Under the pieces are notes generated by a model. That model was not told the DNA's origin. It ran no database searches and saw nothing but the letters and a program-made list of their open reading frames with translations. 64,000 nucleotides of DNA from the human T2T-CHM13v2.0 reference genome, Homo sapiens: contig CP086569.2 of the NCBI GenBank assembly GCA_009914755.4, positions 25,408,001 to 25,472,000 of the forward strand, in the 5' to 3' direction. Made by a program: the position numbers and the translations under genes. This document shows positions 30,585 through 44,490 of the stretch, one piece after another (positions within the stretch are counted from its first letter, which is position 1; every line of letters begins with the position of its first letter).

Positions 30585-31379
30585 CTTTCAGTCCCTACAT
30601 AATAACTCAGAAATAAAGTTTCTTCAGCCAGCTATGGGGATGGGGGAAACAATTCCCAGGGTACAGATGTTAGTGGTCCTGTCAACTCTGTCATTCTCAC
30701 ATTGCAATGCCAATGCAATCCCACATAAACACAATTATGCTGAGGCAAACACTGTTGCAGAGTATGAGAACTACATATGCACTGTTCTAAGAAACACAAC
30801 TTGTGAGGTTCTTGAGGCATGGCAAGGTTTGTGGCAAACAGGACCAATGTGAGAATCAAATTTATTGGATTCCTAGAGTCTACTGCTTAGCATGCAATAC
30901 AGTAAACAACTAAGCTCCATGATGACTGAATTGACTGGCATACAACAACCACAAATTGTTCTCTTTGAGCACAAAGGGCATGTAAGAGCTAACAGATGAG
31001 TGTCCCAGGCATGGTTCTGCGTAGTTTGTATGATACTGTATATGATGTTACTAACTAGGCTGGTCAGTTTGGGTGGTGATAACAGTGTGTTACTGGAGTT
31101 AAAGTTACAGAGTCAATCTCTATATGCTTAGTTAGCACCATATTAAAACAAAACAAAATTTTTTCCATGCCACAGACTATTAGTGACCTAGCTATCTTAC
31201 GGATACATGCTGTTGGTCATAATACAGACTGAGAGTGTCCAAAACCCATCATTACAACTGGAATTAAAATAACTGGAATCAAAGATCAAAGCTGGTCCAC
31301 ACAGAAGGATGAGCACGAAGTCAAAGGTCCAGTCCTTAAAACCTATACCACCTAGGTATAATCAGATGTCTTTTTCTAG

Positions 31380-32400
31380 TGCTGTTTGTAGGAAGTATTC
31401 AGACTTTATTTTGGTTTTTCTTAGCCTCAGTTCTTAGCCTCTTTTTGTTGTTACTAAACAAGTTGGAGGCGAAACAATCTAGTGTAGATTCTGGTTTCCT
31501 TCTTTTTATTTTCTGAAACAGTTTATGTAAGACAAGTATTATTATACTTGTTCCTTGACAGTTTGATAGAATTCATCCCCCAAATTACTCTAGGCCTGGT
31601 GTTTTTGGCAGGAGGTTGGGGAGGTGGTGGTTAAGTATGATTAAATTTCTTTAAAGGTTATGGGACTTCTTTGTTTTGCCATTTCTTCCTAAGTCATTGT
31701 GATATTTTATATTTTCCCAGAAGTGTCCACTTAAACTAAGTTTTCAAGCTTATTGTCATAAAGTTGCTCAAAATAATCTTATATTTTAAATATGTTTATC
31801 TTAATTTTGTCCCTATTTCTCTTCCTAATACTATTTGTTTACACCTATAGTTTTTCTCTAGATCAGCTTTTCAAAGGTTTACTGCATTTTACCCTCCCTG
31901 ATGGGGCTCAGTGTGCGCAGCTGGAAAAAGTAGATGCCCTGGTTATGCATGCAGCTCATTTGTTGTACATGTTGCTTTAAGGGACCTTGAAGACTCTTCC
32001 CTCTCCCTATTGTTGCCAAAATAACTGCCTCTGATCTGTTTTTGTTTGCATCCCAGGCCCCAGACTAGCATGTAAGATGCCTTTGAGAAGTCCTAGAACA
32101 CTGCAGTCAAGGTGGACGTTGGAAAATAAAAAGGCTTATTGAATTTTCTATCTTTTCAAAGAATCAGCTCCTGGTATTAACACTATTTCTACTGCTATTC
32201 TGTTTTCTGTTCATTAATTTCTGCTTTTATCTTTATTTTATTTCATTCCTTCTACTTACTTTGGGCTTACTCTGTTTTCAACTTCTTGAGTTGAAAGATT
32301 AACTCATTTATTTTCACTTTTTCTAATTTTTTAACCTTAAACATGTATTTAAGGTTATAGTTTTCTCTCTTTAGCTACTTTACAAGATCTAATGTGGAGT
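31380..32400 (-). mobile_element. Possible old LINE-1 fragment, antisense (low confidence)
   Basis: T-rich plus strand. 'cttactctgttttcaacttcttgagttgaaagattaactcatttattttcactttttctaatttttt' resembles the antisense strand of L1PB/L1M-class ORF sequence ('cttactctgttttcaacttcttgaggtggaaacttagattattgatttgag'). Extent uncertain. Confidence 0.3.
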
Positions 32401-33305
32401 AATTTCATTGTCGTTCAGCTCTAAATATTTTGTAATTCTCATTATAATTACCTCCTTACCCATGCAGTATCTACAAGGAAGTTTATCAGAAGTATTCTTT
32501 TCTTCTTCAGCTAACTTTTTGTTGCCATTACAAAAAAACTATAACCCCTCCATAATCTCAATTCTGTATCTCCACATCCTATTTTTCCAGCTTATTCTTT
32601 CTACTAGGGTGATCCTGAACTACTGTGCATTGTTCAACCTCATGGAATCTCCACTGACTCTCATGCTCTTGATGTCCCTTCACTCTCCTCTTTATCGAGA
32701 TTACATTCCATGATTTATCATTATTATCATCACTCTCCCCTCTCTCCCTTTATAGTGCTTGGCAAAACTACAACCTTGTTTAAATCCAATTTTCTGCCTA
32801 CTCCACACCTGCACCTGTGCAACTAAATGTGGCTGGAAAAAAACATACAACCATGCTCATTGGTCTCAATTTAAATTCATTACTTTGAACCTTTAGTGGA
32901 CTCTAATGCACACAAAGATACTTCCCTAGTCCATTTACTTTCCTAGATAAATACTTTACCCCTTTCCCTTTTAACTCAAACACCCAACACTTCCTTCCTC
33001 GTGTTCTTTCTTGGCTGCTGGTCTTGCTTTCTACTTCACTAAGAAAATTGAAGCAATCAGAAAAGAACTTCCACAAACTATTACCACATTTAACCACCCT
33101 TTACCATCTTCTCACTTGTTACCATTGATGAACCTAACGTGCTTCTATTTGAAGTCAAATCCTTCAACTTGTACTCTAGACCCTACTCAAGGACCTCATT
33201 ACAGCAGTTCTCCATTCTTCCTCCCACATCATCTTTTTGTTGTTGTTGTTCTCCATTGGTATCATTCTCACAAGCAAACATGTAGCTTAAAAAACACCCT
33301 TTTCT

Positions 33306-33700
<395 letters not shown>

Positions 33701-34114
33701 TCAATGTTTTCAACTCCTCTCTTCTCAATGTGGCTTAAAATTACTTCAGTCAGGCTTTCTGTCCCACTATTCTAACAAAACCACTCTTATCAAGGTCTTA
33801 ATGTTATCAAAATCAATGGTCAGTTCTTAGTCTTCATCTTATATGACCCTAACAGCAACATTTAACACTGTTGACAACTACCTCTTTCTTGATACATTTT
33901 TTTTTTTTCACTCACACTGGAAAGGACACAAGATACTTCTTGGGCCCTCTTCCCTTTTCTGTATTTTCTTTCTGTTATCTGATACAGTCTTATAGCTCTA
34001 AATATCATCTAAATACTCTACAGCATTTTGGCAGATCTGTTTAACCAAACTGCCAAAATTTCCAGTTGGAAATCTAACAGTTATCTCAAACCAACATATC
34101 TAAAACTGGATTCT

Positions 34115-34418
34115 GGCCACGTGTGGTGGCTCACACCTGTAATCCCAGCACTTTGGGAAGCCAAGGTGGGCAGATCACTTGAGGTCAGGAGAGTTCTAGA
34201 CCAGCCTGGGTAACACGGTGAAACCCCAACTCTACTAAAAATACAAAAATTAGCTGGGTGTGGTGGCAGACACCTGTAATCCCAGTTACTCAGGAGGCAG
34301 AGGCAGGAGAATCACTTTGAACCCAGGAGGCAGAGGTTGCAGTGAGCCAAGATCGAGTCACTGCACTCCAACCTGGGTGAGAGAGCGAGACCCTGTCCAA
34401 AAAATAAAAAAAAAAAAA
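34115..34418 (+). mobile_element. Alu SINE, inserted into L2, with a ~12-bp imperfect TSD 'AAA(AC)TGGATTCT'
   Basis: 'ggccacgtgtggtggctcacacctgtaatcccagcactttgggaagccaaggtggg...gagtcactgcactccaacctgggtgagagagcgagaccctgtccaaaaaataaaaaaaaaaaaa'. Confidence 0.9.
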
Positions 34419-34439
34419 TTGGATTCCTAAGAAGTCATT

Positions 34440-34943
34440 ATATGAAAAAAATACTTCCACGTGCATGTTTACAGCAGCACAATCTGCAATTGCAAAAATT
34501 TGGAACAAGCCCAAATGCCCATCAGTCAATGAGTGGATAAAGAAATTGTGGTATATATATATACACCATGGAATACTACTCAGCCATAAAAAGGAATGAA
34601 ATAATGGCATTTGCAGTGACTTGGATGGAATTGGAGACCATTATTCTAAGTGAAGTAACTCAGGAACTGAAAACCAAACATTGTATGTTCTCACTCATAA
34701 GAAGGAGCTAAGCTATCAGGATGAAAAGGTGTAAGAATGACACAGTGGACTTTGGGGACTCAGGGGAAAGTATGAGAGGGTGGTAAGGGATAAAAGACTA
34801 CACATTGGGTACAGTGTACACTGCTTGGATGATGGGAGCACCAAAATCTCAGAAATCACAGTAAAGAACTTATTCATATAACCAGATTACCTGTTCCCCC
34901 AAAATCTATGGAAAAAAAAATTAAATAAATAAATAAATAAGAT
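34440..34943 (+). mobile_element. LINE-1 3' end (older L1PA/L1PB class), ~480 bp, with an (AAAT)n tail, inserted into L2
   Basis: '...ccaaatgcccatcagtcaatgagtggataaagaaattgtggtatatatatatacaccatggaatactactcagccataaaaaggaatgaaataatggcatttgcag...gggtacagtgtacactgcttggatgatgggagcaccaaaatctcagaaatcacagtaaagaacttattcatataaccagattacctgttcccccaaaatctatggaaaaaaaaattaaataaataaataaataa'. Degraded TSD ~'GGATTCCTAAG' versus 'GATTGGCTTCCTAG'. Confidence 0.8.
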
Positions 34944-35289
34944 TGGCTTCCTAGTTTTCTTCCCCAACCTGCTTCATTTGTAGCCTCCCCCATGTCAGTT
35001 GATGGAAACTCTATCCTATCAGTTGCTTAGGTCAAAAACCTTGGAATCATCTACAATTCCTCCCTCTTTCTGTCACACCCCACAAGCCCTTCCAGGAAAT
35101 GTTGGCTCTACCTTCAAATATATCCAGAATCTTACCAACTTTCAACAACTGTATTGCTACCATGTGATCCAAGCCCCTATCATCATTTCTTGCCTGGATT
35201 ACTGAAATAGCTGCTCAGCTGCTACCTTTGTCTGAAGTCTAATCTCAACACAGCAGCTTGAATGATTCTTTTAAAACTTAAGTCAGATC

Positions 35290-35595
<306 letters not shown>

Positions 35596-36189
35596 TCAGA
35601 TCACATCACTCCTCTACTCAAAATCCTGCAATGGCACCTCATTTTGTGCATAGTAAATGACAAAGGCCTATGACGCTCTACATTCAGATGATCTGATTCT
35701 CTTTCCTGCTACTCTCACCTGTCATTTATTTCATGTGTCAGTACTTTCCCACCATATGGCCTTTGCTCTAGCTGTAACCTCTTGCTAGAGGACCTCACTA
35801 CACTACATCTGAAGAAATGTTCTTCCTTCAGATATCTTTGTGGCTAACTTCTTCTGCTTCTTTAAATCTCAACCTGTCAATAAGATATACTCAGACCCAC
35901 TGTTTGTATTACAACCTGTACTTTCTCCATCCAATCCTCTTTATTCAATTCTCCTTTTTAGTTTTTTTTCCAAACTGCATCAGTGTCTAACATATTATAT
36001 ACTTTATTATGTTTGTTGTTTATTGTCTGCCTTTTCGTCTTACTCCCTGCTAGAATGTACACTTCAACAGGTCAGGATTATTGTCTATACTGTTGACTAA
36101 AGGATTCCAAGAGCCTCGAACAATATCTGGCAAATATTGGACAAATACGTATTTGTTGAATGAATAAGTGAATGTTGATTTTTCATTTA

Positions 36190-38400
36190 GCATGGTCACA
36201 ATACACATGCCCTATGTGTGCTATATATCTGTTAGATTAAGCTGGTTAATTATGTTGTTCAAATCCTTTATGTTCTTGAGTATTTTTGACTGTTTGATAT
36301 ACTGGTTTCTAAGAGAGGTGTGTTAAAATCTGCAACACTGACTGTGGATAGGCTATTTCTTGATAATTCTGTCGGTTTTGTTTTATATATTTTGAGAGTA
36401 TATTTTCAGTATCTAGAGTCATTTTATATCATCTTCGTGGATTGTTACCTATTTATAAGCGAGACATATATTTCTGTCATTTGATGTTTTTAGGCAAAAA
36501 CATGTTCATGTTTCAAATGATGTTCATGCTGCCACCTTTCACTAGGTGGTAATCAAGAGAAAATTTTTCCTGTCCTATACTTGTATTTTTTTATCTTTCA
36601 GTGTTACTTTTAAAACAGCATATGGAAGGATAATCTATCTCTCTGGCTTTGTAGATTAATTTATATTATGATTACTTACATGTTTTATTTTGTATTTCCT
36701 ATTTCCATGTTTTTCCTTTGCTTCTTTTTATCTTCTTTCCTGCCCTCTATTGAATGGAGTGATAGCATTTAAAATATTACCTATCTTTTCTCTTTCCCCT
36801 ACTGATTAAGGACTTGTACCTTCTATTTCTATATTTCTATTACTGTACTGGATACCCTTATATTTAACATACTTATTTAAATATATATTTTTTAAAAGTC
36901 TATAACATTAATCTGTATCTTTTCTACTCAAAACAAGGACTTCAGCACACATTTACATCTTTAATACCATATTATTATTGCTAAGATTTAGTTCTAGCTT
37001 TTGAAGCATATTAGCTTTATCTCATATTTTAACACTCTTTGCTTTTGTATTCCACTTCTTTCTGCATTTATTTTTGTCTTTGCTGAAGAACATCCTTTAG
37101 TTCTCTTGTCACCAAGAGTTTGTGAGTTGAAAACTTAGCTTTGTGTATCTGAAGATGCGTTTATTTTGCTCCCACTCTGTATATAAACCACTGTATGAAA
37201 CTGTAAGCTCACAGTTATTTGTCTACAGCACTTTGAAGATACTAGTCAGTTTTCTGGTATCTACTGTTGCCAAAGCCTACTGCCAGTTTGACTACCATTC
37301 CATTATTCAGAATTTTTTGTTATACTTGTATTCAGAATTTCAGATTTTCTCTTTATCATTAATTTCCTATGATTTTATTATCATGTATGTAGTTGTGGAT
37401 TTATCTATCCTGTGTTACATGTGGCAGCATTTTCTATTTTGAAGACTCAGCTTCATTTCTGAAAAAATTCTTAGCTGCAGTTATTGTTATTATTATTGCC
37501 ACTTTTTTATTCATTCTTTTTTCTCCTTTGTAACTCCTAGCAGATGTATGTTGGAGCTCCTCAGGTCATCTTTCATGTCCATCTTTCTCTTTCATTTTCT
37601 TCTAACTCTCTCTAAACTGCATTCTGAAAGATTTTCTCAGTTCTTTTTCCTAATTCTCTAATTTTCTCTTAAGCTATAGAAAGTATGTGCAGTCTAACTG
37701 TTCTTTTACTTCAATATTGTATTTTTACATTTCAATATAATATTTTTCACTTCAAGATGTCTAAATGCTTCTTTCTCACAGCTTTCTCTTCTTGTTTCAT
37801 TATCTATTCTTCATTCTGTAAAATGTAATTTCTTCTGAACATATATTGATAATTTTAACTTATTTTTAAACTCTCATCAGATTGTTCTTCTTTTCTCAGG
37901 TATAAATTCTCTAATTTGTTGGGTTCTCTTGACTGCTTTTTCATGATCTTAGGTTTTACTGGGTTCTTTGTAATGTTTTGGGGGCTCAATTTTTATGATA
38001 ACTAAAAAATGTAAGTACCTGTATCTACAGGGCAGTTTTAAGTTGCCTCAGCTTAAATCTGATAATGTGCCAACCTTGAACCAGACCTTAAGTTGGTAGC
38101 TCTGGGCCTTCTTTCCTCCTAGGTAGCCCAGTTCTGAATTTTTAGCCCAAAAGTATTTTGGGTCCAAGTTCTATCTTGAGTGGTTTCCTGCGCTTGCTTG
38201 TGACTGCCAATTATTCTTTACTTCCGCTCAGGAACAAGCAGCATATTCCTGGCTGTGACACTGCTGGGATAAGTTAGATTAACCCAGCTCCTATTTGTAT
38301 TGTGCTCTTGGGTCCTGGGTTCATGCACAGACAGGATCATTGCAAAAAAACCTGGTCCCAATTGCCCATATCCATTCATAGCACCCCCCGATCCCCTACC
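36190..38400 (-). mobile_element. Probable old LINE-1 (L1M/L1PB-class) fragment, antisense, ~2.2 kb
   Basis: T-rich plus strand with segments resembling antisense L1: 'ttaaaatctgcaacactgactgtggataggctatttcttgataattctgtcggttttgttttatatattttgag' versus 'ttaaaatctccaactataattgtggatttgtctatttctccttgcagttctatcagtttttgctttatgtattttgag', and 'cagcactttgaagatactagtc' versus 'cagcactttgaatatatcatcc'. Boundaries uncertain. Confidence 0.4.
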
Positions 38401-38939
38401 ATCACAGTGGCTTTTCTATTACTGGCCAAAAGACACTTTCCTTTCTTATTTTTAAGAATAACTATGTATTTTTAAAAAACTTTAAAAATATTTATGCATA
38501 ATTTCTCTGTTTTTGAATGAGAGGAATAAGATTCAGGAGTATTCACTCTGCCACCCTGACCTAGAAGTCCCAGAGTAGCTTTCACTTTTGAAATAACAGC
38601 AGTTCAATTTTCCTGACCTCACCAGTCTGTAAACATTAGCATATATACCCAAAGTGCAAACTTGAATAAGCTGTAGTAGAGACAAATTTCCATTATTTGG
38701 AATTTGTTTACATTGAAATAAATAATAGATGTACTAGGAAATCAGAAATGGAAGGAAGATGACTTTTAAAAGGTTAAGAAACTTGGGACAGCAGCAGACT
38801 TTACTGTAAAGCTTATGTACAAACTCCATCACTGCTTCCCATAAATGGAATCAGACTGAGCAAAGAAGAGGGTACTTTCCACAGCACCAGGAAGAGCCAC
38901 TGCAGCCAGCAGAGTCCTGTAATAAGTACCAACCTGCAC

Positions 38940-39125
38940 TCCTGCACCTGGAAGACAGCCATCAGCTTAGTGGAAAGAATGCTGGACTGGGAATTCAGAA
39001 ATGTTCTAGTTCATTTTCTACCACTTAGTCATTGTACAGCTTAGGCTAAGCCAGGCTCTCTTTTGGGCCCCAGGTTTTCCATCTGTAAAATAAGAGAGTT
39101 GGGCTAGAACAACTTCTGATGTACC
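38940..39125 (+). mobile_element. MIR SINE
   Basis: 'cagcttagtggaaagaatgctggactgggaattcagaaatgttctagttcattttctaccacttagtcattgtacagcttaggctaagccaggctctcttttgggccccaggttttccatctgtaaaataagagag' parallels the MIR consensus '...tggttaagagcacggactctggagccagactgcctgggttcgaatcc...ccacttactagctgtgtgaccttgggcaagttacttaacctctctgtgcctcagtttcctcatctgtaaaatgggg'. Confidence 0.65.
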
Positions 39126-39724
39126 TTCCAGAAATAATTTTCTATGACCTTAACAGTTTGGTACTTTATAAGTAGGTTGAGTCCTCCATTCTTCAGCTTG
39201 CTCAGTAATAATCTGCCAGGTAAAAGAAGAAAATCATGTGTTTCTGAAATCAGTTTTCAAATCAAATGAAAGAATCACTAGATGCATATTTTTGTTTGAT
39301 CACCACTCTACAAAGGAACAGCCTGGTAGCTGGGTGAAGTTTCTGTGTGGGTGTACACACAATCTAAATTTTAAATAGAAAAAGCAAACCAACCCAGACC
39401 AAAACAAAAACCCTCCATACAAGTCCCAGACACAACAAATGGTAAGAGTTCTTTTCTACAAACATGTCTGTTTCTAAGAGCTGAGAAGACCAAAAAAGAA
39501 AAAAATGTATCAAAATGACCAGATATAAGTGTAGATAAAGAAAAAACTAAGGAGCATGCAGCAAAGTTACAGGATATGAGAGATTTGACTCTGCACACTG
39601 CAAAGTCTGTACAATTAGAAATTTCATGCTAACAGAAATGTAGGGAAGACAATGAGAAAAGAAAGGATAAAATTGGAGTTCCACTAGATGGAAGTTAAGA
39701 GTGGATTAAGAATTTTTAAATTGA

Positions 39725-40033
39725 GGCCAGGCACAGTGGTTCACGCCTGTAATCCCAGCACTTTGGGAGGCAGAGGCGGGCGGATCACTTGAGGCCAGGA
39801 GCTTGAGATCAGCCTGGCCAACAGAGCAAAACCCCATCTTTACTAAAAATACAGAAAAAAAAATTTAGCTGGGTGTAGTGGTGAACACCTATACTCCCAG
39901 CTACTCAGGAGGTGGAGGCATGAGAATCGCTTGAACTCTAGAGGCGGAGACTGAAGTGAGCCAAGATCATAGAACTGCACTCCAGCCTGGGTGACAGAGT
40001 GAGACCCTGTCTCAAAAGAAAAAGAAAAAAAAA
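39725..40033 (+). mobile_element. Alu SINE
   Basis: 'ggccaggcacagtggttcacgcctgtaatcccagcactttgggaggcagaggcgggcggatcacttgaggccaggagcttgagatcagcctggccaac...gaactgcactccagcctgggtgacagagtgagaccctgtctcaaaagaaaaagaaaaaaaaa'. Approximate TSD 'AATTT(TT)AAATTG'. Confidence 0.9.
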
Positions 40034-41357
40034 TTTAAAATTGGGTTGAAGTGGCAAGGAAAACTCAAGATTAAATCTCAGAGCTTTCTAGAGCCTTGAC
40101 TATCAACCACAATAAAAATTTATATGAATTGTTTAATTTCACCACAATGCAGTAAAAAACCAAACTGATTCAGATTTTATAGGTCTGAAGGATGGAAAGT
40201 TGGCACACAACTAGCCATAATCCCGAGTCTTCAAATAACATACTAAAGACATACTGTTTTCAAAAAAAACAACAAAAAGCATCTTATCATCTACATTGCT
40301 ATTTGTGAGGCACAGTGTATTGCATCGACACTGCTACGTATGTATAGACAGACTATATTAAGGGTGAGTGTCCAGCAGATTTCTATCCACTATTGCATAC
40401 TTCCACCACAGCTGAAATAGCCAATCAGTCAAAAGAGAGGGATAAAGTTCTCTGACAAAATTCCCACTCAGTTCACGAAATAGCCACTGAGCAGTCTTCA
40501 CTTTCATGCAAACTTTTTGTAAGTGTGTTACTAAAGCATCAAGGGGGGAAAAATTACACAAATAACAAGGCCTCATTAAAGAGAATTTGGGAAATAAAGA
40601 AAAGCAGAAAAAAAGTCACGCTTAGTCTCATCACAGAAATACAGCCACTGCTAACACTTTGCTCACTTTCTCCCTGGTCTCTTTACCTGGGCCTGCTACA
40701 TCCTTATGGTTGTAATCATATGATATATACAATTGTGTATCTAGTTCATTTAGTAATACTATACTGTAAGCATTTATCCAAGTTATTATACTATCTTTGT
40801 AACTCACTTTTAAATGGCTGCCTTATAATCCACTCTATTTTAAGGAAACACCCCTAAATGTTGGTGGGGAATGGTAAAGCAAACTATGATTCACAGTGTT
40901 CCATTAGACGGATAAATCATAGTTTACTTAACTGCTGCGAGAATACTGCACAGTAGGCTGTTTCCAATATTTCCGCTATTATAAATAGCTAAACCAGCTA
41001 AATCTGTTTTGTTCAATAGTGCCTAATAGCCTTCCATATAGTAGGTACTCAAGTATTTGTAGAATGAATATTTACAGGGCTGCCTATATAGAACATACCT
41101 TTTGATAACAATTTTTGTGCATAAAATCCCCCTCCTTCCCATATTTAGAACTGTTTCCCAGAGATACATTTTCATAGGGTGCTATTCTGGGTCAATTTTG
41201 GACTTTTGTCAATCTAGCCATTTGCTCCTCAGAAAATAATGACTAATTTGCATTCCCAACAGTAAAATATGGGAAGGCCCGTTTCACCACATTCTTAGCT
41301 AAATTGGGCATTATCTTTTCAAAGTCTTTGCCTATCATGATTGCTAAAAAAATATTA

Positions 41358-41733
<376 letters not shown>

Positions 41734-43149
41734 CTATTTTGAAATAGCTTTCTAATAATCACAATCTAAATCTACTTTATTCCTGAAAGGTCAGTTGTGG
41801 GTTGCAGTAACAACAAAAGCCCCAATATTTTTAGGAAATAAATTCTGGAAGGAACTTAAGGAACTAACGTAAATACATTGCTGAGAACAGTTTATTCACA
41901 GAGCAAGTCTGGAACACTGTAATGTGCTTTTACTAATGGTAAAGTTGGAGGCTAGAGTTCTCAGTTCCTCATTCTTTCTTCATATTTATCTGTTATATAG
42001 TTTTGTTTTTTTTGTGATATTTGTCTGTGGGTGCTGCTGTAATTTGCGAGGGGAGAGCTGGGAGGAAAAGATTCCTTTAATACTTCTTCTAAAACTTTTC
42101 TTTTAGGAAATCATTCTAGATTAACCCAGAAACTCTTAAGAGCTGTTTTCCACAACTGTACTCTGTAAAAACTTCTTTAGCCCAGATAATCTTGGGGTGA
42201 CTTAGCAGAACTTTGTTAACCCTGAATTAGACTTTCTCTCTGAAAATATTTTGTAAACAAGTAAGCTAGACACAGAAAAGGCAGAAGCATATTCAGAGAA
42301 AAAATGTAGGTCTGGGCAACATTACCAGTAATGAGAACCTGATGAAAACTGACAATCACACCTCACTAACTAATCCAATAACTAGCTCTTTTCATAACTG
42401 TCAGCATAACATGTGGAAAATGCTCCTCTGCAGCAGAAGTATAATTGCCTTTCATTCCTTCGAGATGCTCTTGCAGGAGTAGGCAAGAATGTTGATCTGC
42501 CATCTATTCTTAACAAGGAGAGAAAGCAGAAATGTGGACTAAGGATTGTTAGGGGAAAGCAATTTAGATGGAATCAGGTACTACAATGTGCCAAATGATA
42601 TGATGATTAGATCTGTTTGAACCCTGTTTAAGCCTTTATGAGGATTTTTTTTTAATGGCAAACTATCTTGGAGCTCTGCCCACAAGGCAAATGGCTACTA
42701 ACCAAAGACTATTTATTTGCAGAAAATCCATCAAAGTCGTTACATGCAGATGAGTCACAAAGAGAAGATATCATCCTTTCATGATCCCCAGCCCCACTTC
42801 ACCAAACTGCTCTCACAAGTCAGCAACATCTCCTTACTGGCAAACCTATGATGGCTCTCAAACTACTGGATGTGATTACAGAGGACTATTGGTAGCTATA
42901 ATTTATCTTTCCAACCCTTTATCTCTTTCTCTTCTTTTGATAACAGAATCCGTATTTCCTGTGGGGAATCTATTCCACTTAGCTGACCCTCTCCTAACCC
43001 TACCCCTATAACAAGTGGTAGCTGCTGCTCTTGTTTCTTCTTCATCACTATGACCAGCACTACCACTATTGTTATCATTATGATCATCATGGCGGCTAAG
43101 ATTTATTGATAATTTACTATGTGCCAGACACTGTTCTGTCCACTTTATA

Positions 43150-43330
43150 TGTATTATCTCATTTAAAGAAATGACCTATGTGATAAGTACTATGATTTCT
43201 CTCATTTTAAAGTTGAGGAAACTGAGACACAGGGAGTATATAATTTGGCAAGGTTACACAGTAAGTAGCAGAGGAGGGACTTGAATTAAACTTGGTTTCA
43301 GGGTTCAGGCTTCACTGCCTCTCTCGCTAA
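43150..43330 (-). mobile_element. MIR SINE, antisense
   Basis: 'ctcattttaaagttgaggaaactgagacacagggagtatataatttggcaaggttacacagtaagtagcagaggagggacttgaattaaacttggtttcagggttcaggcttcac'. Confidence 0.6.
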
Positions 43331-43416
43331 ATCTCATCTAATTTCTGGCTATAGAAATTGGTTCAGGGAAGTTCATCTGATGCAGGAAAGGTCAATCGGA
43401 TATACCAACACTACGA

Positions 43417-43724
43417 GGCCAGGTGTCGTGGTGCACACCTGTAATCCCAACATTTTGGAAGGCCAAGGTGGGAGGACAACATAAGCCCAGGAGTTTGAGA
43501 CCAGCCTAGGCAACACAGTGAGACTCCATCTCTACAAAAAATAAAAAGAATTAGCTGAGCATGGTGGCACACATCTATCGTCTCAGCTACTTGGGAGGCT
43601 GATCACTTGAGCCTAGGAGGTAGAGGCTGCAGTGACCCGTGATCACACTATGGACTCCAGCCTGAGTAACAGAGCAAGATCCTGTCTGCAAAAACCAAAA
43701 CCAAAACCAAAACCAAAAAAAAAA
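43417..43724 (+). mobile_element. Alu SINE (older, AluJ-like) with a (CCAAAA)n tail
   Basis: 'ggccaggtgtcgtggtgcacacctgtaatcccaacattttggaaggccaaggtgggaggacaacataagcccaggagtttgagaccagcctaggcaacacagtgagactccatctctacaaaaaataaaaagaattagctgagcatggtggcacacatc...caaaaaccaaaaccaaaaccaaaaccaaaaaaaaaa'. Confidence 0.88.
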
Positions 43725-43961
43725 GGTATATGGACACTAGGATAGAGAAGGTCTTTCTTCCTCTGAAGCCTATGCAAAGAAGGCAGCAGGGATCTGATAA
43801 GTTTCAGCTTCCTAGATTTAGCTATGCCTGAAGCTAGGCCAGGCTAAATATGCAGATTTTCTAGCTACATAAGCCTATATGCTTGAGCTATAAGAAGTTA
43901 AGTTTCTGTCACACTGAGTCTTTGAAAGTTTTCATTCCCTTGTTTGGTTGAATACTACTCT

Positions 43962-44490
43962 TTTTTTAAAAAACAAACACTTTTATTTTAGGTTCTGGAG
44001 TACATGTGAAGGTTTGTTATATAGGTAAACTTGTGTCACAGGGGTTTGTTGCATAGATTAATCACCCATGTATTATGCCTAGTACCCAATAGTGATCTTT
44101 TCTGCTCCTCTCCCTCCTCCTACCCTCCACCCTGAAGTAGACCCCAGTGTCTGTTGTTTCCTTCTTTGTGTTCATAAGTTCTCATCACTTAGCTTCCATT
44201 TATAAGTGACAACATGTGGTATTTGGTTTTCTGTTCCTGCATTAGTTTGCTAAGGATAATGGCTTCCAGATCCATCCTTGTTCCCACAAAAGACATGATC
44301 TCACTCTTTTTTATGGCTGCATAGTATTCTAAGGTGTATATGTACCATATTTTCTTTATCCAGTCTGTCACTGATGGGCATTTAGGTTGACTCTATGTCT
44401 TTGCTATTGTGAATAGTGCTACAATGAACATTCACATGCATGTGTCTTTAGGGTAGAATGATTTATATTCCTTTGAGTATATACCCAGCA
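43962..44490 (-). mobile_element. LINE-1 3'-terminal segment (end of ORF2, 3'UTR, A-tail) on the minus strand: the direct arm of a twin-primed L1
   Basis: Reverse complement of the L1 3' end: 'ctgggtatatactcaaaggaatataaatcattctaccctaaagacacatgcatgtgaatgttcattgtagcactattcacaatagcaaagacatagagtcaacctaaatgcccatcagtgacagactggataaagaaaatatggtacatatacac...ctccagaacctaaaataaaag' plus a T-rich tail on the plus strand at ~43958-43980. The ORF-track peptide 44189-44371(-) 'MTDWIKKIWYIYTLEYYAAIKKSEIMSFVGTRMDLEAIILSKLMQEQKTKYHMLSLINGS' is the L1 ORF2 C-terminus. Confidence 0.85.

Noticed and set aside
42896-43090. ORFs overlapping on both strands across a triplet-like (ATC/ATG/ATT)-rich stretch
   Set aside because: It is an imperfect low-complexity tract. 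Reading frames stay open on both strands because of the repetitive composition. No start context, splice signals or domain similarity was recognised.
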